From NCBI GenBank assembly GCA_047639165.1, contig JBLINH010000003.1, positions 1 through 44,858 on the forward strand: a stretch of DNA of 44,858 nt, read 5' to 3'. The stretch is from Minisyncoccia bacterium (lineage in GTDB: Bacteria > Patescibacteriota > Minisyncoccia > Phycocordibacterales > JAACPR01). Made by a program: the position numbers and the translations under genes. The notes beneath the pieces are model-generated. The model saw only the letters and a program-made list of their open reading frames with translations. It did not search any database and was not told the origin of the DNA. This document shows, piece after piece, positions 8,754 through 17,687 of the stretch (positions are counted from its first letter, which is position 1; every line of letters begins with the position of its first letter).

Positions 8754-9839
8754 TTAATTATTTAGCAATATATTAAAAAATTTACCATTTGGATAGTAAG
8801 CATTTATTGGATTCTTAAAATCTATTTCAAATTCAAACAACTCATCATCAAACATAATAGTACTATTTGCAGATATTATCGTGTCTTCTGGAAACCTGAA
8901 CATATTTTTATCTTGTTCTATCCTATATCCTCCAATGTTAATCTCATATTTACTATCATTTTTTATATGAAAGACATTACCTACTAACAGGAAGTTCAAC
9001 GAAGGATCTACTATCTCAACGAGTATTCTAGATACAGCTTGTTTATTTAATGACGATGCATTAACAACAACATTGTATTTCCCTGGATATTTATATGTAT
9101 GTTTAACCTCTTCTCCGGAACTATCGTCTCCGTCTCCAAATGACCACTTATATCTAACTCTTGTTTTTACATCATCAACTGCCTTGAATACAATTGGAGA
9201 ATTAGTACTTCCCAGCCTCTTTCTACCTATTCCAATCTTTAATTCAGTCTTATCTTCTATGCCCGATAGATCTATCTGTGATGAATGACTTGAAAGTGTA
9301 GTATCTTCTTTTCCTGTATAAGGATAAACTTCTTCTACAACAACCTCTGATGTAGATACATTTTCTTTACCAGGAGTCTTGATCCCAGAAATCCAAACAT
9401 CTCCATATAGTTGCAAACTACTTCCAGTTCCCTTCCCTCCAATTTCTGGATCATATAAAACCTTTGAAATCTCTAATCCTTCTCCATCAACCAAAGATAA
9501 TTCCTCTCCGGAGTTATTTAAGGCAAAAGCACTATCAAATACAAGTCCTGTAAATTCTGGGTTATTCTCTATGAACTTATCTACATTATCTGCAATAATC
9601 GCATATGTTTTAGCTTTTATAACAAGATTATCATCCGAACTCTTTATGGTGTGATTTTTGGAATTTTCTATTAATTTCCACTCTGTTATATCAAAATCTA
9701 TATCTGAGCTGTTAAATACCTCCACCCATTCATATCCACTATCTGTACCGGGAAGATCATACATAACCTCACTAAATCCAATATTTGCAAAGACGTTAAT
9801 TGGTAAGAACAAAACAAGAATGATGATTATTTTTTTCAT
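8754..9839 (-). CDS. Secreted lamin-tail-domain plus PKD-domain protein
   Basis: Signal peptide; FSEVMYD...EWVEVFN...LNNSGEEL (LTD); YKWSFGDG...HTYKYPGKYNV (PKD). Confidence 0.85.
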   Translation of the reverse strand: MKKIIIILVLFLPINVFANIGFSEVMYDLPGTDSGYEWVEVFNSSDIDFDITEWKLIENSKNHTIKSSDDNLVIKAKTYAIIADNVDKFIENNPEFTGLVFDSAFALNNSGEELSLVDGEGLEISKVLYDPEIGGKGTGSSLQLYGDVWISGIKTPGKENVSTSEVVVEEVYPYTGKEDTTLSSHSSQIDLSGIEDKTELKIGIGRKRLGSTNSPIVFKAVDDVKTRVRYKWSFGDGDDSSGEEVKHTYKYPGKYNVVVNASSLNKQAVSRILVEIVDPSLNFLLVGNVFHIKNDSKYEINIGGYRIEQDKNMFRFPEDTIISANSTIMFDDELFEFEIDFKNPINAYYPNGKFFNILLNN

Positions 9840-9884
9840 CCTCTATATATAGCAACATATACGTGAAATTATTATAAAAAACCT

Positions 9885-11819
9885 TTAAAGATTAGTTAAT
9901 GTAACTACAGCTATATTTGGGAAATCTTTCTCTCTTGCCTTGATCTTCTTCAAAACACTATTTGTGAAAAGAATATCAGGATTCAATTCGATTCCAGTAG
10001 TAACTTTCTCTTTAGCTGTCTCAAAGTCCCCTTCATACATACTCACAAGACCGTCCATTACCAATGTTATTGGATTTTCTGGAGATAACCGATAGGAATC
10101 TTCGACAATAGCTTTAGCTTCGTCTAGCCTGTTAGTTCCTAGGATTGTTTGGTTCATTAATAGATAAACACGATTCATTCTAGCTCTGTAATCATTTGGA
10201 ACTCTTTCTATATATTCAACATAATACTTATCATAAGCCGCCATCTGTTCTCTTGTTGAATTAATTACATTGTCATACTTCTCTGTTCCTGGTGGCACAG
10301 AGTTTATCGACACAAAAAATCCTTTCATCAGTGACGCAGAAGAAACTCTTAAAGTTTCAAAGTCTACATCTCCAGAAAGTGCTCTATTTATATATTCTAC
10401 TTGTTTTTCAGTACCTCCTCCGTTAAATATCTCTTTCAAACTACTTTGTTTTTCATATTGCTTATACAACATCTCATATGACATAAATACAGCCATAGCG
10501 ATCAATATTACGACCAATACCTTACTAAACTTACCGCCTTCTTCTGAAGAAGTAATACTCTCTTTTTCAAGCCACAACAGATATCCCAAAACAAATACTA
10601 ATATCCCATAACTGGCTACGGAGTCGAAACCTGTCTGCATTTGAATTAGATGGAAGAATGGTAGCATCCCTAGTATAAACATTTCGTATACCCCAATATT
10701 GTCCTCTCTATGGGCTATGTACGATACTCGCGTAATCATAAATATAAGTATGAGCACAGAAACAACACCAACCAAACCAACAGACACTAACGTGTCCACA
10801 AATATATTATGAGCCCTATCAAACCACACTTCTCCAATGTTCTCTTTCAAAAATAGGTCATTATTAAAATTATGCTCGAAGACCATACGAAAGTTTTCTG
10901 GACCAGATCCAATTACAGGGTTTTGCTTGAATGCCTCTATTCCAATATCCCAAACAATAATTCTAGCTTTTGAAGATACTTCAATATACTTCTCCTGTAC
11001 AACACTTCCCGGAACAAACAACAGTGATATCACAGAAAATACAGAAACTAATATCAGTAAAGACCAAATAGATGCTACTTTCTTAAACTTCTCCCTTGAG
11101 ACCTTTTTTATAGCAATAAGAGATACTACATAAAATATAGCCAATATAGCTGTTGCGCTAGAAGCTCTGGCAAGTCCTAGAGCAGAAACAGGATCTAGTA
11201 TACTACTTACTTTAAGAAGTATAGGAGATGACATTTGAATCAAAATCATCAATCCAACAATATACTTCTGTTTCTTACTCTCTGTGTATCCCAAAAATAC
11301 GATCATAGACACGAGTAAAGCGATCATCTGGTATGAACCAGCAAATGTACTGTTTCCAAATCCAAATGCAGTTTCATCTGTTGCAAAAAACGATAGTACA
11401 GAGAAGGCTGTACTTGATATAACAATTGACCATTTGGTTAGATTCCAATCTTTCTTGTTTAAAAGCTCACTTAAAGAGAACGACATTAATGCAGCGGCTG
11501 TTAGAAACCAAACTCCTGAAGATCTAACAATGTCTGAGTTTAATGATCTGGATGAATCCAAACCAAGAAAAGAAGATACATAATATACACCCAGCACTCC
11601 GGCGGTGATAAGTAGTAACTTTCTACTCTTTAAATTAATCTTTCTTTTATTAATTAGTATTGAAGATGCAAGAGAGATAAGAAGGAGTATAGAGAAAGAT
11701 ACTATATAGAAGTACCTAACATTTACTTCTCCATAGAAAAGGCTATCTGTATCTATAAAAGGAAACAGGAAGAAAAATATAGCTGTTAATATTCCAATGA
11801 AAGTAAGTTTATTATTCAT
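9885..11819 (-). CDS. O-antigen ligase (Wzy_C) family membrane protein with C-terminal TPR-like helices
   Basis: GFGNSTF, RIIVWDIG...PVIGSGPENF...DRAHNIFVDTLVSVGLVG; many TM helices; start taken at MNNKL. Confidence 0.85.
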   Translation of the reverse strand: MNNKLTFIGILTAIFFFLFPFIDTDSLFYGEVNVRYFYIVSFSILLLISLASSILINKRKINLKSRKLLLITAGVLGVYYVSSFLGLDSSRSLNSDIVRSSGVWFLTAAALMSFSLSELLNKKDWNLTKWSIVISSTAFSVLSFFATDETAFGFGNSTFAGSYQMIALLVSMIVFLGYTESKKQKYIVGLMILIQMSSPILLKVSSILDPVSALGLARASSATAILAIFYVVSLIAIKKVSREKFKKVASIWSLLILVSVFSVISLLFVPGSVVQEKYIEVSSKARIIVWDIGIEAFKQNPVIGSGPENFRMVFEHNFNNDLFLKENIGEVWFDRAHNIFVDTLVSVGLVGVVSVLILIFMITRVSYIAHREDNIGVYEMFILGMLPFFHLIQMQTGFDSVASYGILVFVLGYLLWLEKESITSSEEGGKFSKVLVVILIAMAVFMSYEMLYKQYEKQSSLKEIFNGGGTEKQVEYINRALSGDVDFETLRVSSASLMKGFFVSINSVPPGTEKYDNVINSTREQMAAYDKYYVEYIERVPNDYRARMNRVYLLMNQTILGTNRLDEAKAIVEDSYRLSPENPITLVMDGLVSMYEGDFETAKEKVTTGIELNPDILFTNSVLKKIKAREKDFPNIAVVTLTNL

Positions 11820-11868
11820 GATATTAATATAAATTCTAGCACAAGGTATTTTTTTTTGCATTAGACAA

Positions 11869-11908
11869 AACAAAAAAACACTTACATATAATGTAAGTGT
11901 TTTTTGTT
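11869..11908 (-). terminator. Intrinsic terminator after the S-layer-like gene
   Basis: aaaaaacacttacat-ata-atgtaagtgtttttt. Confidence 0.8.
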
Positions 11909-11953
11909 AACTAAAACTTAAATTTATTTAAGTTCAGCTACATCTTAATCAAA

Positions 11954-13963
11954 CTAGTTGATTGAAACGTAATCTGACTCAAACTCTTCTAGGTTGAAGT
12001 CATAGATGTTCTGAGTAGCAGTGTCAGTTGTTGCCCATGAAATTCCCTTAACAGCAGCTCGGAATAGACCATTGTCTCCCAAGTTATTGTTAGTTCTTTC
12101 AATAGTAATACTGAATGATGCTGTTGAACCTTCTGTAATCTTCACACCGTTAGTTACACCATTGTCAGTAACATTGTTTCCATTAGCTGTGAAGCTTACG
12201 GCCGCTGTTACGTCTCCTGTTGTAGCTGTTCCGGACTTATCAACTTGGTATACAACAACGTTTGTCGCTGAAGTATCTCCTGTTGTGATAGCTGTTGTAG
12301 TAGCTGATGCTGTGTCAGAAACATAAATGTCTCCGTCGATTGCCTCAACTGTGTACTTGATCACGAATGATCCAGTATCGTCATAAGTGTTTGAACCTCC
12401 TGAACTTACAGGTGGAATTTCAATATTTACAAACTGGATAACAGGTGCTACGTCATATAGACCAAATGTTTCTCCAAGAGCTGTACCTGATCGGTCACCA
12501 ACTACTAGAGTTTCACCTGATTCATCGTCAACGTCAGCAACGTTTCGGTTTGAAGCTGTGAATTCTGCCTTAATTGTATCTCCCTCAACGAATCCTGATC
12601 CAAGATCATTAAGATCAACTGTAACAACTACTTCAACCTCATCTCCTGCATCGATTGTATAATCGAAGTCTGAGAATGTTACTGAAGCGGCTGCTGATGA
12701 TGTTGATAGAGTTTCTGAGAACTCTTCACCATCGATAGTTATATATACTGTGTGTGCAACTGCATCAATATCTGTTGCAGCTCCTCCTACAGTAAGTGTA
12801 ACTGGAAGGTCTCTAACTCGTAGGTCAGAATCTCCTTCAGCTTCAAGAGTAAATCGTAGAAGCTCTACTCCATCAGTATCATCTGATGTGTCTACGTTTA
12901 TAACTGTAGCATCTAGATTATCGTCTCCAAGTGCAACCTTAAGCTCAGCATCTGTTGCTGTTGCAAAAGTTGCAAAAGTGAATGTTCGTCCTGATCCATC
13001 ATTGATGTCACCAGTTGTAGTATCTGTGATAACTGCAGCTTGTGCATCTCTGAATCGAATGCTTTCGAACTCAAGTGTCCAAGAATCTCCAGCCTCATCT
13101 GAGTCTAGATTTGAAACACCTGAAACCTTAATAACTAGTCGTCCCTCCTCGTCTTCTCCGATAACGGCTCCTGCGTCAAGAGCGATTGTCTTGTCGTAGT
13201 TGTCATCATCTTCAAATTCGTCTGCATCAATTTCTGCAAACTTTTCTCCGTCAAGCCATACAGATACATTTTCTGCATACTTTTCAAAGTCTTCGTTTGC
13301 TGTTCCTTGTGAGAAGTTTAGGTTAATTGCAACGATTTCGATGTCTGAACCATCAGCTTCGATATCGATTCCAGCTACCTCAACATCTGACTCGTCTTCT
13401 CCAACCTCTTCGTTGTTTAGTCCTGAAACGTAATCAACGTCATCAATTGATCCAGCTCCTCCTGAAAGAGAAGATGAATCTGTTGAACTTGATGAATCTG
13501 TTGAACTTGATGAGCTACCTGAACATTTTGTAGCTACGCTAGCCATTGTAGTTGGGCCAAAGTAACCTACTGCTGGAGAAACTCCATTAGCTGCTTGGTA
13601 AGCTGATAAAGCTCCTTGTGTTAGAGCACCGAAGTATCCCTTTGAAACTCCTGTTGGAATTACAAGGTATCCTTCTCCCTCCAAAAATGATTGAAGAGTT
13701 GTAACATCTGTTCCGTCTGAACCTAATGTTAGGTTTCTAGAGTATGTTCCACATGATGTTGAACTTGATGTTGATGTTGAACTTGATGATGATGAGCTTG
13801 AGCTATCATCTGTAACATTAGCCATGATCCACTCTGCTGTGAATCCTTTTGAAATGTAATCATCTAGTTCAGCCTTTGTAAGTGCCAATGCAGGAGCTGC
13901 TGACCCTAATACTAGGGCAAGAGCGATCGCTACACCGGAAACTTTAATTGCTAAATTTTTCAT
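11954..13963 (-). CDS. S-layer-like secreted acidic protein with a peptidoglycan-binding domain and Ser/Thr linkers
   Basis: Signal peptide; RNLTLGSDGTDVTTLQSFL...GYFGALTQGALSAYQAANG...GYFGPTT flanked by Cys; long D/E/T-rich beta region; strong promoters and terminator. Confidence 0.8.
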   Translation of the reverse strand: MKNLAIKVSGVAIALALVLGSAAPALALTKAELDDYISKGFTAEWIMANVTDDSSSSSSSSSTSTSSSTSCGTYSRNLTLGSDGTDVTTLQSFLEGEGYLVIPTGVSKGYFGALTQGALSAYQAANGVSPAVGYFGPTTMASVATKCSGSSSSSTDSSSSTDSSSLSGGAGSIDDVDYVSGLNNEEVGEDESDVEVAGIDIEADGSDIEIVAINLNFSQGTANEDFEKYAENVSVWLDGEKFAEIDADEFEDDDNYDKTIALDAGAVIGEDEEGRLVIKVSGVSNLDSDEAGDSWTLEFESIRFRDAQAAVITDTTTGDINDGSGRTFTFATFATATDAELKVALGDDNLDATVINVDTSDDTDGVELLRFTLEAEGDSDLRVRDLPVTLTVGGAATDIDAVAHTVYITIDGEEFSETLSTSSAAASVTFSDFDYTIDAGDEVEVVVTVDLNDLGSGFVEGDTIKAEFTASNRNVADVDDESGETLVVGDRSGTALGETFGLYDVAPVIQFVNIEIPPVSSGGSNTYDDTGSFVIKYTVEAIDGDIYVSDTASATTTAITTGDTSATNVVVYQVDKSGTATTGDVTAAVSFTANGNNVTDNGVTNGVKITEGSTASFSITIERTNNNLGDNGLFRAAVKGISWATTDTATQNIYDFNLEEFESDYVSIN

Positions 13964-14408
13964 ATATAAGAATTATTCTTTAAACATACCCCTTTCTCAA
14001 GTAATAATAATATTAAGAAAAGGAAAATGTTATTAACGTTAATAACCAATAAAATTGGAAACTTTTAATTTATGTATCTTATTCCGATTCTAATAGATAC
14101 AATTTTATTCTTTCAATCCTAACTGCAATAACAGTAGGATTATGCCGAGTCGGGGCGAGAAGGAAAAAACTAATTTTCCTATGAACCACCAACCCTTATA
14201 CCTTGTAGACTCTTTTTGCAAAGAGTTAAGATCGACTCTTTTGGTATAAAGGATTAGCTTCAAAGATTTCAGTCTGAATTCCACTCTTTAACTGACCGTG
14301 TCTGGAAAAAGAATTACAGTAAATACTATCTCGTATTTTGAGAGTTAACTCCGAACTTTATTCTAGTTTTCAATGAACCTAGAATCTCGGCTTTACTTCT
14401 CCGAGATA
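13964..14408 (-). ncRNA. Candidate long structured 5' leader RNA of the S-layer-like gene
   Basis: No long ORF; at least 8 hairpins, several with G-U pairs in minus sense; begins ~6 nt after a TATAAT box. Confidence 0.55.
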
Positions 14409-14413
14409 GCTCA

Positions 14414-14441
14414 ATTATAAACCTTATAAATTTTGTGTAAA
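14414..14441 (-). promoter_or_regulatory. Proximal sigma70 promoter of the S-layer-like gene
   Basis: TTTACA-16-TATAAT. Confidence 0.7.
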
Positions 14442-14451
14442 CAAGGTCATT

Positions 14452-14460
14452 TGTGGAAAA
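14452..14460 (-). promoter_or_regulatory. Single DnaA-box match
   Basis: TTTTCCACA fits TTWTNCACA. Confidence 0.35.
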
Positions 14461-14498
14461 CTAAATACCCACACAGGGATCTAGCATTCACGGCTGTT

Positions 14499-14526
14499 AT
14501 ACTACACTATTTTGAGTAAAAGTCAA
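14499..14526 (-). promoter_or_regulatory. Possible distal sigma70 promoter of the S-layer-like gene
   Basis: TTGACT-16-TAGTAT. Confidence 0.5.
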
Positions 14527-14540
14527 CATAAAATAGGTGT

Positions 14541-15266
14541 TTATACGAGTGAGTATTTACTCCACCTTCTCTCTCCTTCTTTCTTCAAAATACCCTCTTT
14601 TACAAGTTGTAGAAGATCTCTTTGTAAGGTTTTTTCACTATAGTTCTGAAACTTGAAAGATACATCCTTTACTGACACTATTTTCATATTCCTCACAAGA
14701 TCAGCTATCATGTCTTTTCTGCTGTTTTGTACTTCCGCTCTATCAGACTTAGTTTTAGTGTCCTTTTTATAAAGGACACTAGTATCAGAGTGTCTTTTAT
14801 CAGTATTAATGTCCTTTACACTACTTTTACCTGTCATTACTCTGTCTTTTAAGTAAACTAGAGTGTCACTACTATCATCACCGTGTACACCTATTTCTTT
14901 TAATAACTTAGTCATTTCCGTCCTTAATACGTTAAAATTAGATTTGTTTATAAGACCTACCAAGTGAGCAGAGTCTAGTAGTGTTATTGTCTTATACAAA
15001 GAAACTGGGACTTTATAGTTCTTTTTACTAGATTTTAACTGCCCTAATAAAGTTATGTCCATTAAAAGCTCCGTTACAGATTTCCTTATTGTCTTTTTTA
15101 TATTCTCCTCATCGGACAATTGGTCTGTAACCAGGTAGATAGCGCTCACGATCTTTTCTGTCTTTTTTAGTATGAAAAGAAATTGTGTGTCTTTAAAATA
15201 GTCAGTGTTTAACAACTCTAAATAATGAGAGTCGTCTATATTCCTTTCTTGTCTTTCATTTGGCAT
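14541..15266 (-). CDS. Hypothetical DNA-binding protein: N-terminal four-helix-bundle-like domain, linker, C-terminal DeoR-like winged HTH
   Basis: C-terminus VSVKDVSFKFQNYSEKTLQRDLLQLVKEGILKKEGERRWSKYSL; N-terminus KKTEKIVSAIYLVTD...SLYKTITLLDSAHLVGLINKSNF. Confidence 0.75.
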   Translation of the reverse strand: MPNERQERNIDDSHYLELLNTDYFKDTQFLFILKKTEKIVSAIYLVTDQLSDEENIKKTIRKSVTELLMDITLLGQLKSSKKNYKVPVSLYKTITLLDSAHLVGLINKSNFNVLRTEMTKLLKEIGVHGDDSSDTLVYLKDRVMTGKSSVKDINTDKRHSDTSVLYKKDTKTKSDRAEVQNSRKDMIADLVRNMKIVSVKDVSFKFQNYSEKTLQRDLLQLVKEGILKKEGERRWSKYSLV

Positions 15267-15362
15267 ATAAAGTCTTTTAAACTTATTGTCTTTTATAAAA
15301 AGTTTTTAAATCTTTTAAAAGACACTACTGTTGTCCTATTCTAATAAAATTTATGTCCTAAA
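14711..15362. repeat. Dispersed array of TGTC[C/T]TWW motifs: 15 TGTCYT cores plus degenerate copies
   Basis: Plus strand at 14711, 14759, 14791, 14810, 14843, 14988, 15090, 15159, 15188, 15250, 15287, 15332, 15354; minus strand at 14770-14778 and 15316-15324. Confidence 0.85.
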
Positions 15363-15479
15363 ACAATTGACTACATCATATTTCTTATCAATCGTTTTAA
15401 AATCACCATAAAAACAAGGTTTGATTAGACTTTTTGTGTTATCATATATTAGTAATTAGATCTCGTTTCAACTACTACA

Positions 15480-17672
15480 ATGGGAAGAAAAAAGAAAAAA
15501 GAAAAAGACGATGAAGAGAAATCAGGTTTCCTTTCTTCATTAAAAGAAGAGACAGTTGAGGGTGTCATGGCCGTTATCTTTATTCTGCTTGCCATCTTTC
15601 TATTCTTTGCATCTATTGGTAAGGCCGGTATTGTTGGTACAAAAACATATTCATTACTTACACATATATTTGGTATTGGTTATTTTCTTATACCAGTAAT
15701 CTTATTAGCTCTTGGTATTTCATTCTTTAAATCACTAAAGAAGAACTTGGCGACACCAAAAATCATTGGTGGAATACTCCTACTAATATCAGGTCTGGGT
15801 CTACTGAGTCTAACTCTAAACAAAGGTGGTATTGCTGGTTCACTTATAGCGACACCTATGACGAAATTTTTTGATGGCATTTTAAGTTTTGTATTTCTAT
15901 CTGGAATTCTTCTAATATCTATTCTTGTTATATTTGATGTGCCACTTCAAATATATGCAATAAGAAAGTTCTTAGACAGAAACAAAGAGTACGATGAAGA
16001 CGGAAACCTAATAGAAAAAGAGAAAGAGAAAGAAATTGAAGAGGAGGAAGTTGAAGAAATAGAAGAAGAAGAAGAAGAAGAAGATGAGGAAGATGAAGTC
16101 CCTGTAAAAAACAATGATCCAGTATCTCTTGTTAAAAAAGCTGCCGGGGGACTAATCTTCTTTTCAAGGAAAAGTGCAGCTTTTGATGAGTTTGAACCAC
16201 CTCCACTTTCACTTCTTGAAAAGGATTCTGGTAAGCCTGGTGTTGGAGATGTTAAAGCGAACACAAACATAATAAAGAGAACTCTAAGTAACTTTGGTAT
16301 CCAAGTAGAAATGGACGAAGTTTCAATTGGACCATCCGTAACAAGATATGCTCTAAAACCAGCAGAAGGTGTGAAGCTATCAAAAATAGTTGGACTGCAA
16401 AATGATCTCTCTCTAGCATTAGCCGCACATCCTATCAGGATAGAAGCTCCTATTCCTGGAAAGTCTTTAGTCGGTATTGAAATTCCAAACACCACAAAAA
16501 CTATTGTTGGTTTAGGGAGTTTACTGAAAGCTCCCAACTTTAAGGATTCAGACAAACCTCTACTAACATGTCTTGGTAAGGGGATCACAGGTCTTCCTCA
16601 TTTTTCGAACATGGCTAAAATGCCTCACTCTCTGATTGCTGGTGCCACAGGATCTGGTAAGTCAGTAACAATTCACGCAATGATCACTTCTCTTCTATAT
16701 AGAAACCCTCCAGAAAACCTTAAGTTCATCATGGTTGATCCTAAGAGAGTAGAACTAACTTTGTACAATAAGATCCCTCATCTACTAACACCTGTTATTA
16801 CAGACGCTAAGAAAGCTATTCTCGCACTCAAGTGGGCCGGTAAAGAAATGGATAGACGGTATGACATATTGGAATCAAACTCTGTTAGAGATATCCAGTC
16901 ATATCACGAAACTATTCTTAAACCTGCTGTTGAAAAAGCCAAAAAAGATTCTGACATAGATAGTGTTCCTGAAACGATGCCATACATAGTAGTAGTAATT
17001 GATGAGTTGGCAGACATTATGCAGGCATACCCAAGAGAACTTGAGTCAGCTATCGTTAGATTAGCTCAAATGAGTAGAGCTGTTGGAATTCACCTTATGC
17101 TTTCAACACAAAGACCTAGTGTTAATGTTATAACCGGTCTAATCAAAGCAAATATACCTGCTAGAATAGCTCTTCAAGTTGCTTCACAAATTGATTCAAG
17201 AACAATTCTTGACCAACAAGGTGCAGAGAAACTTCTAGGTGCTGGAGATATGCTATACCTATCAGGTGAAATGTCTAAACCAATTAGATTACAGTCAGCT
17301 TATATTTCTGAGAAGGAGGTTAAGAAGGTTGTTAAGTTCCTTACAGATAAGTATCAAGATGATGTTCCTGAAACAGAAATAGACATTGAAGGAAAGAATG
17401 AACCTAACTCAATATTTGATGCATTAAACGGAAGTAGTGCTGGGAATAATGACGATGATGATGAAAGTGATGAACTATACTCTGAAGCAAAAGAAATTGT
17501 TATCTCTGCAGGTAAAGCGAGCACATCATACCTTCAAAGAAAACTAAGAGTCGGATACGCTAGAGCTGCAAGACTGATAGATATTCTTGAAGATAAAGGT
17601 ATCGTAGGTCCAGCAGAAGGATCTAAACCAAGAGAAGTTCTAGTAAATGGAGACGAGGATGACGAAGAATAG
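15480..17672 (+). CDS. ftsK: DNA translocase FtsK/SpoIIIE
   Basis: N-terminal TMs, acidic linker, AGATGSGKS, DPKRVEL, IDELAD, TQRPS, gamma domain STSYLQRKLRVGYARAARLID. Confidence 0.96.
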   Translation: MGRKKKKEKDDEEKSGFLSSLKEETVEGVMAVIFILLAIFLFFASIGKAGIVGTKTYSLLTHIFGIGYFLIPVILLALGISFFKSLKKNLATPKIIGGILLLISGLGLLSLTLNKGGIAGSLIATPMTKFFDGILSFVFLSGILLISILVIFDVPLQIYAIRKFLDRNKEYDEDGNLIEKEKEKEIEEEEVEEIEEEEEEEDEEDEVPVKNNDPVSLVKKAAGGLIFFSRKSAAFDEFEPPPLSLLEKDSGKPGVGDVKANTNIIKRTLSNFGIQVEMDEVSIGPSVTRYALKPAEGVKLSKIVGLQNDLSLALAAHPIRIEAPIPGKSLVGIEIPNTTKTIVGLGSLLKAPNFKDSDKPLLTCLGKGITGLPHFSNMAKMPHSLIAGATGSGKSVTIHAMITSLLYRNPPENLKFIMVDPKRVELTLYNKIPHLLTPVITDAKKAILALKWAGKEMDRRYDILESNSVRDIQSYHETILKPAVEKAKKDSDIDSVPETMPYIVVVIDELADIMQAYPRELESAIVRLAQMSRAVGIHLMLSTQRPSVNVITGLIKANIPARIALQVASQIDSRTILDQQGAEKLLGAGDMLYLSGEMSKPIRLQSAYISEKEVKKVVKFLTDKYQDDVPETEIDIEGKNEPNSIFDALNGSSAGNNDDDDESDELYSEAKEIVISAGKASTSYLQRKLRVGYARAARLIDILEDKGIVGPAEGSKPREVLVNGDEDDEE

Positions 17673-17687
17673 TACTCAGGATGAAAT

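Noticed and set aside
12021-13533. Long + strand ORFs opposite the S-layer-like gene, and similar shadow ORFs elsewhere such as 15947-16588
   Set aside because: Antisense shadows caused by codon bias of the real genes; Ser-rich with no motifs.
14140-14365. RNase P RNA or group II intron domain V/VI as the identity of the structured leader
   Set aside because: Resemblance is superficial (AAAGTTCGG...CTCGGCATA; GAAGC...GGTTC). It lacks GAGGAAAGUCC and a proper 34-nt domain V and domain VI pairing.
16010-16097. GAA-rich simple repeat as a contingency locus
   Set aside because: It encodes the ordinary acidic FtsK linker with mixed GAA/GAG/GAT codons.
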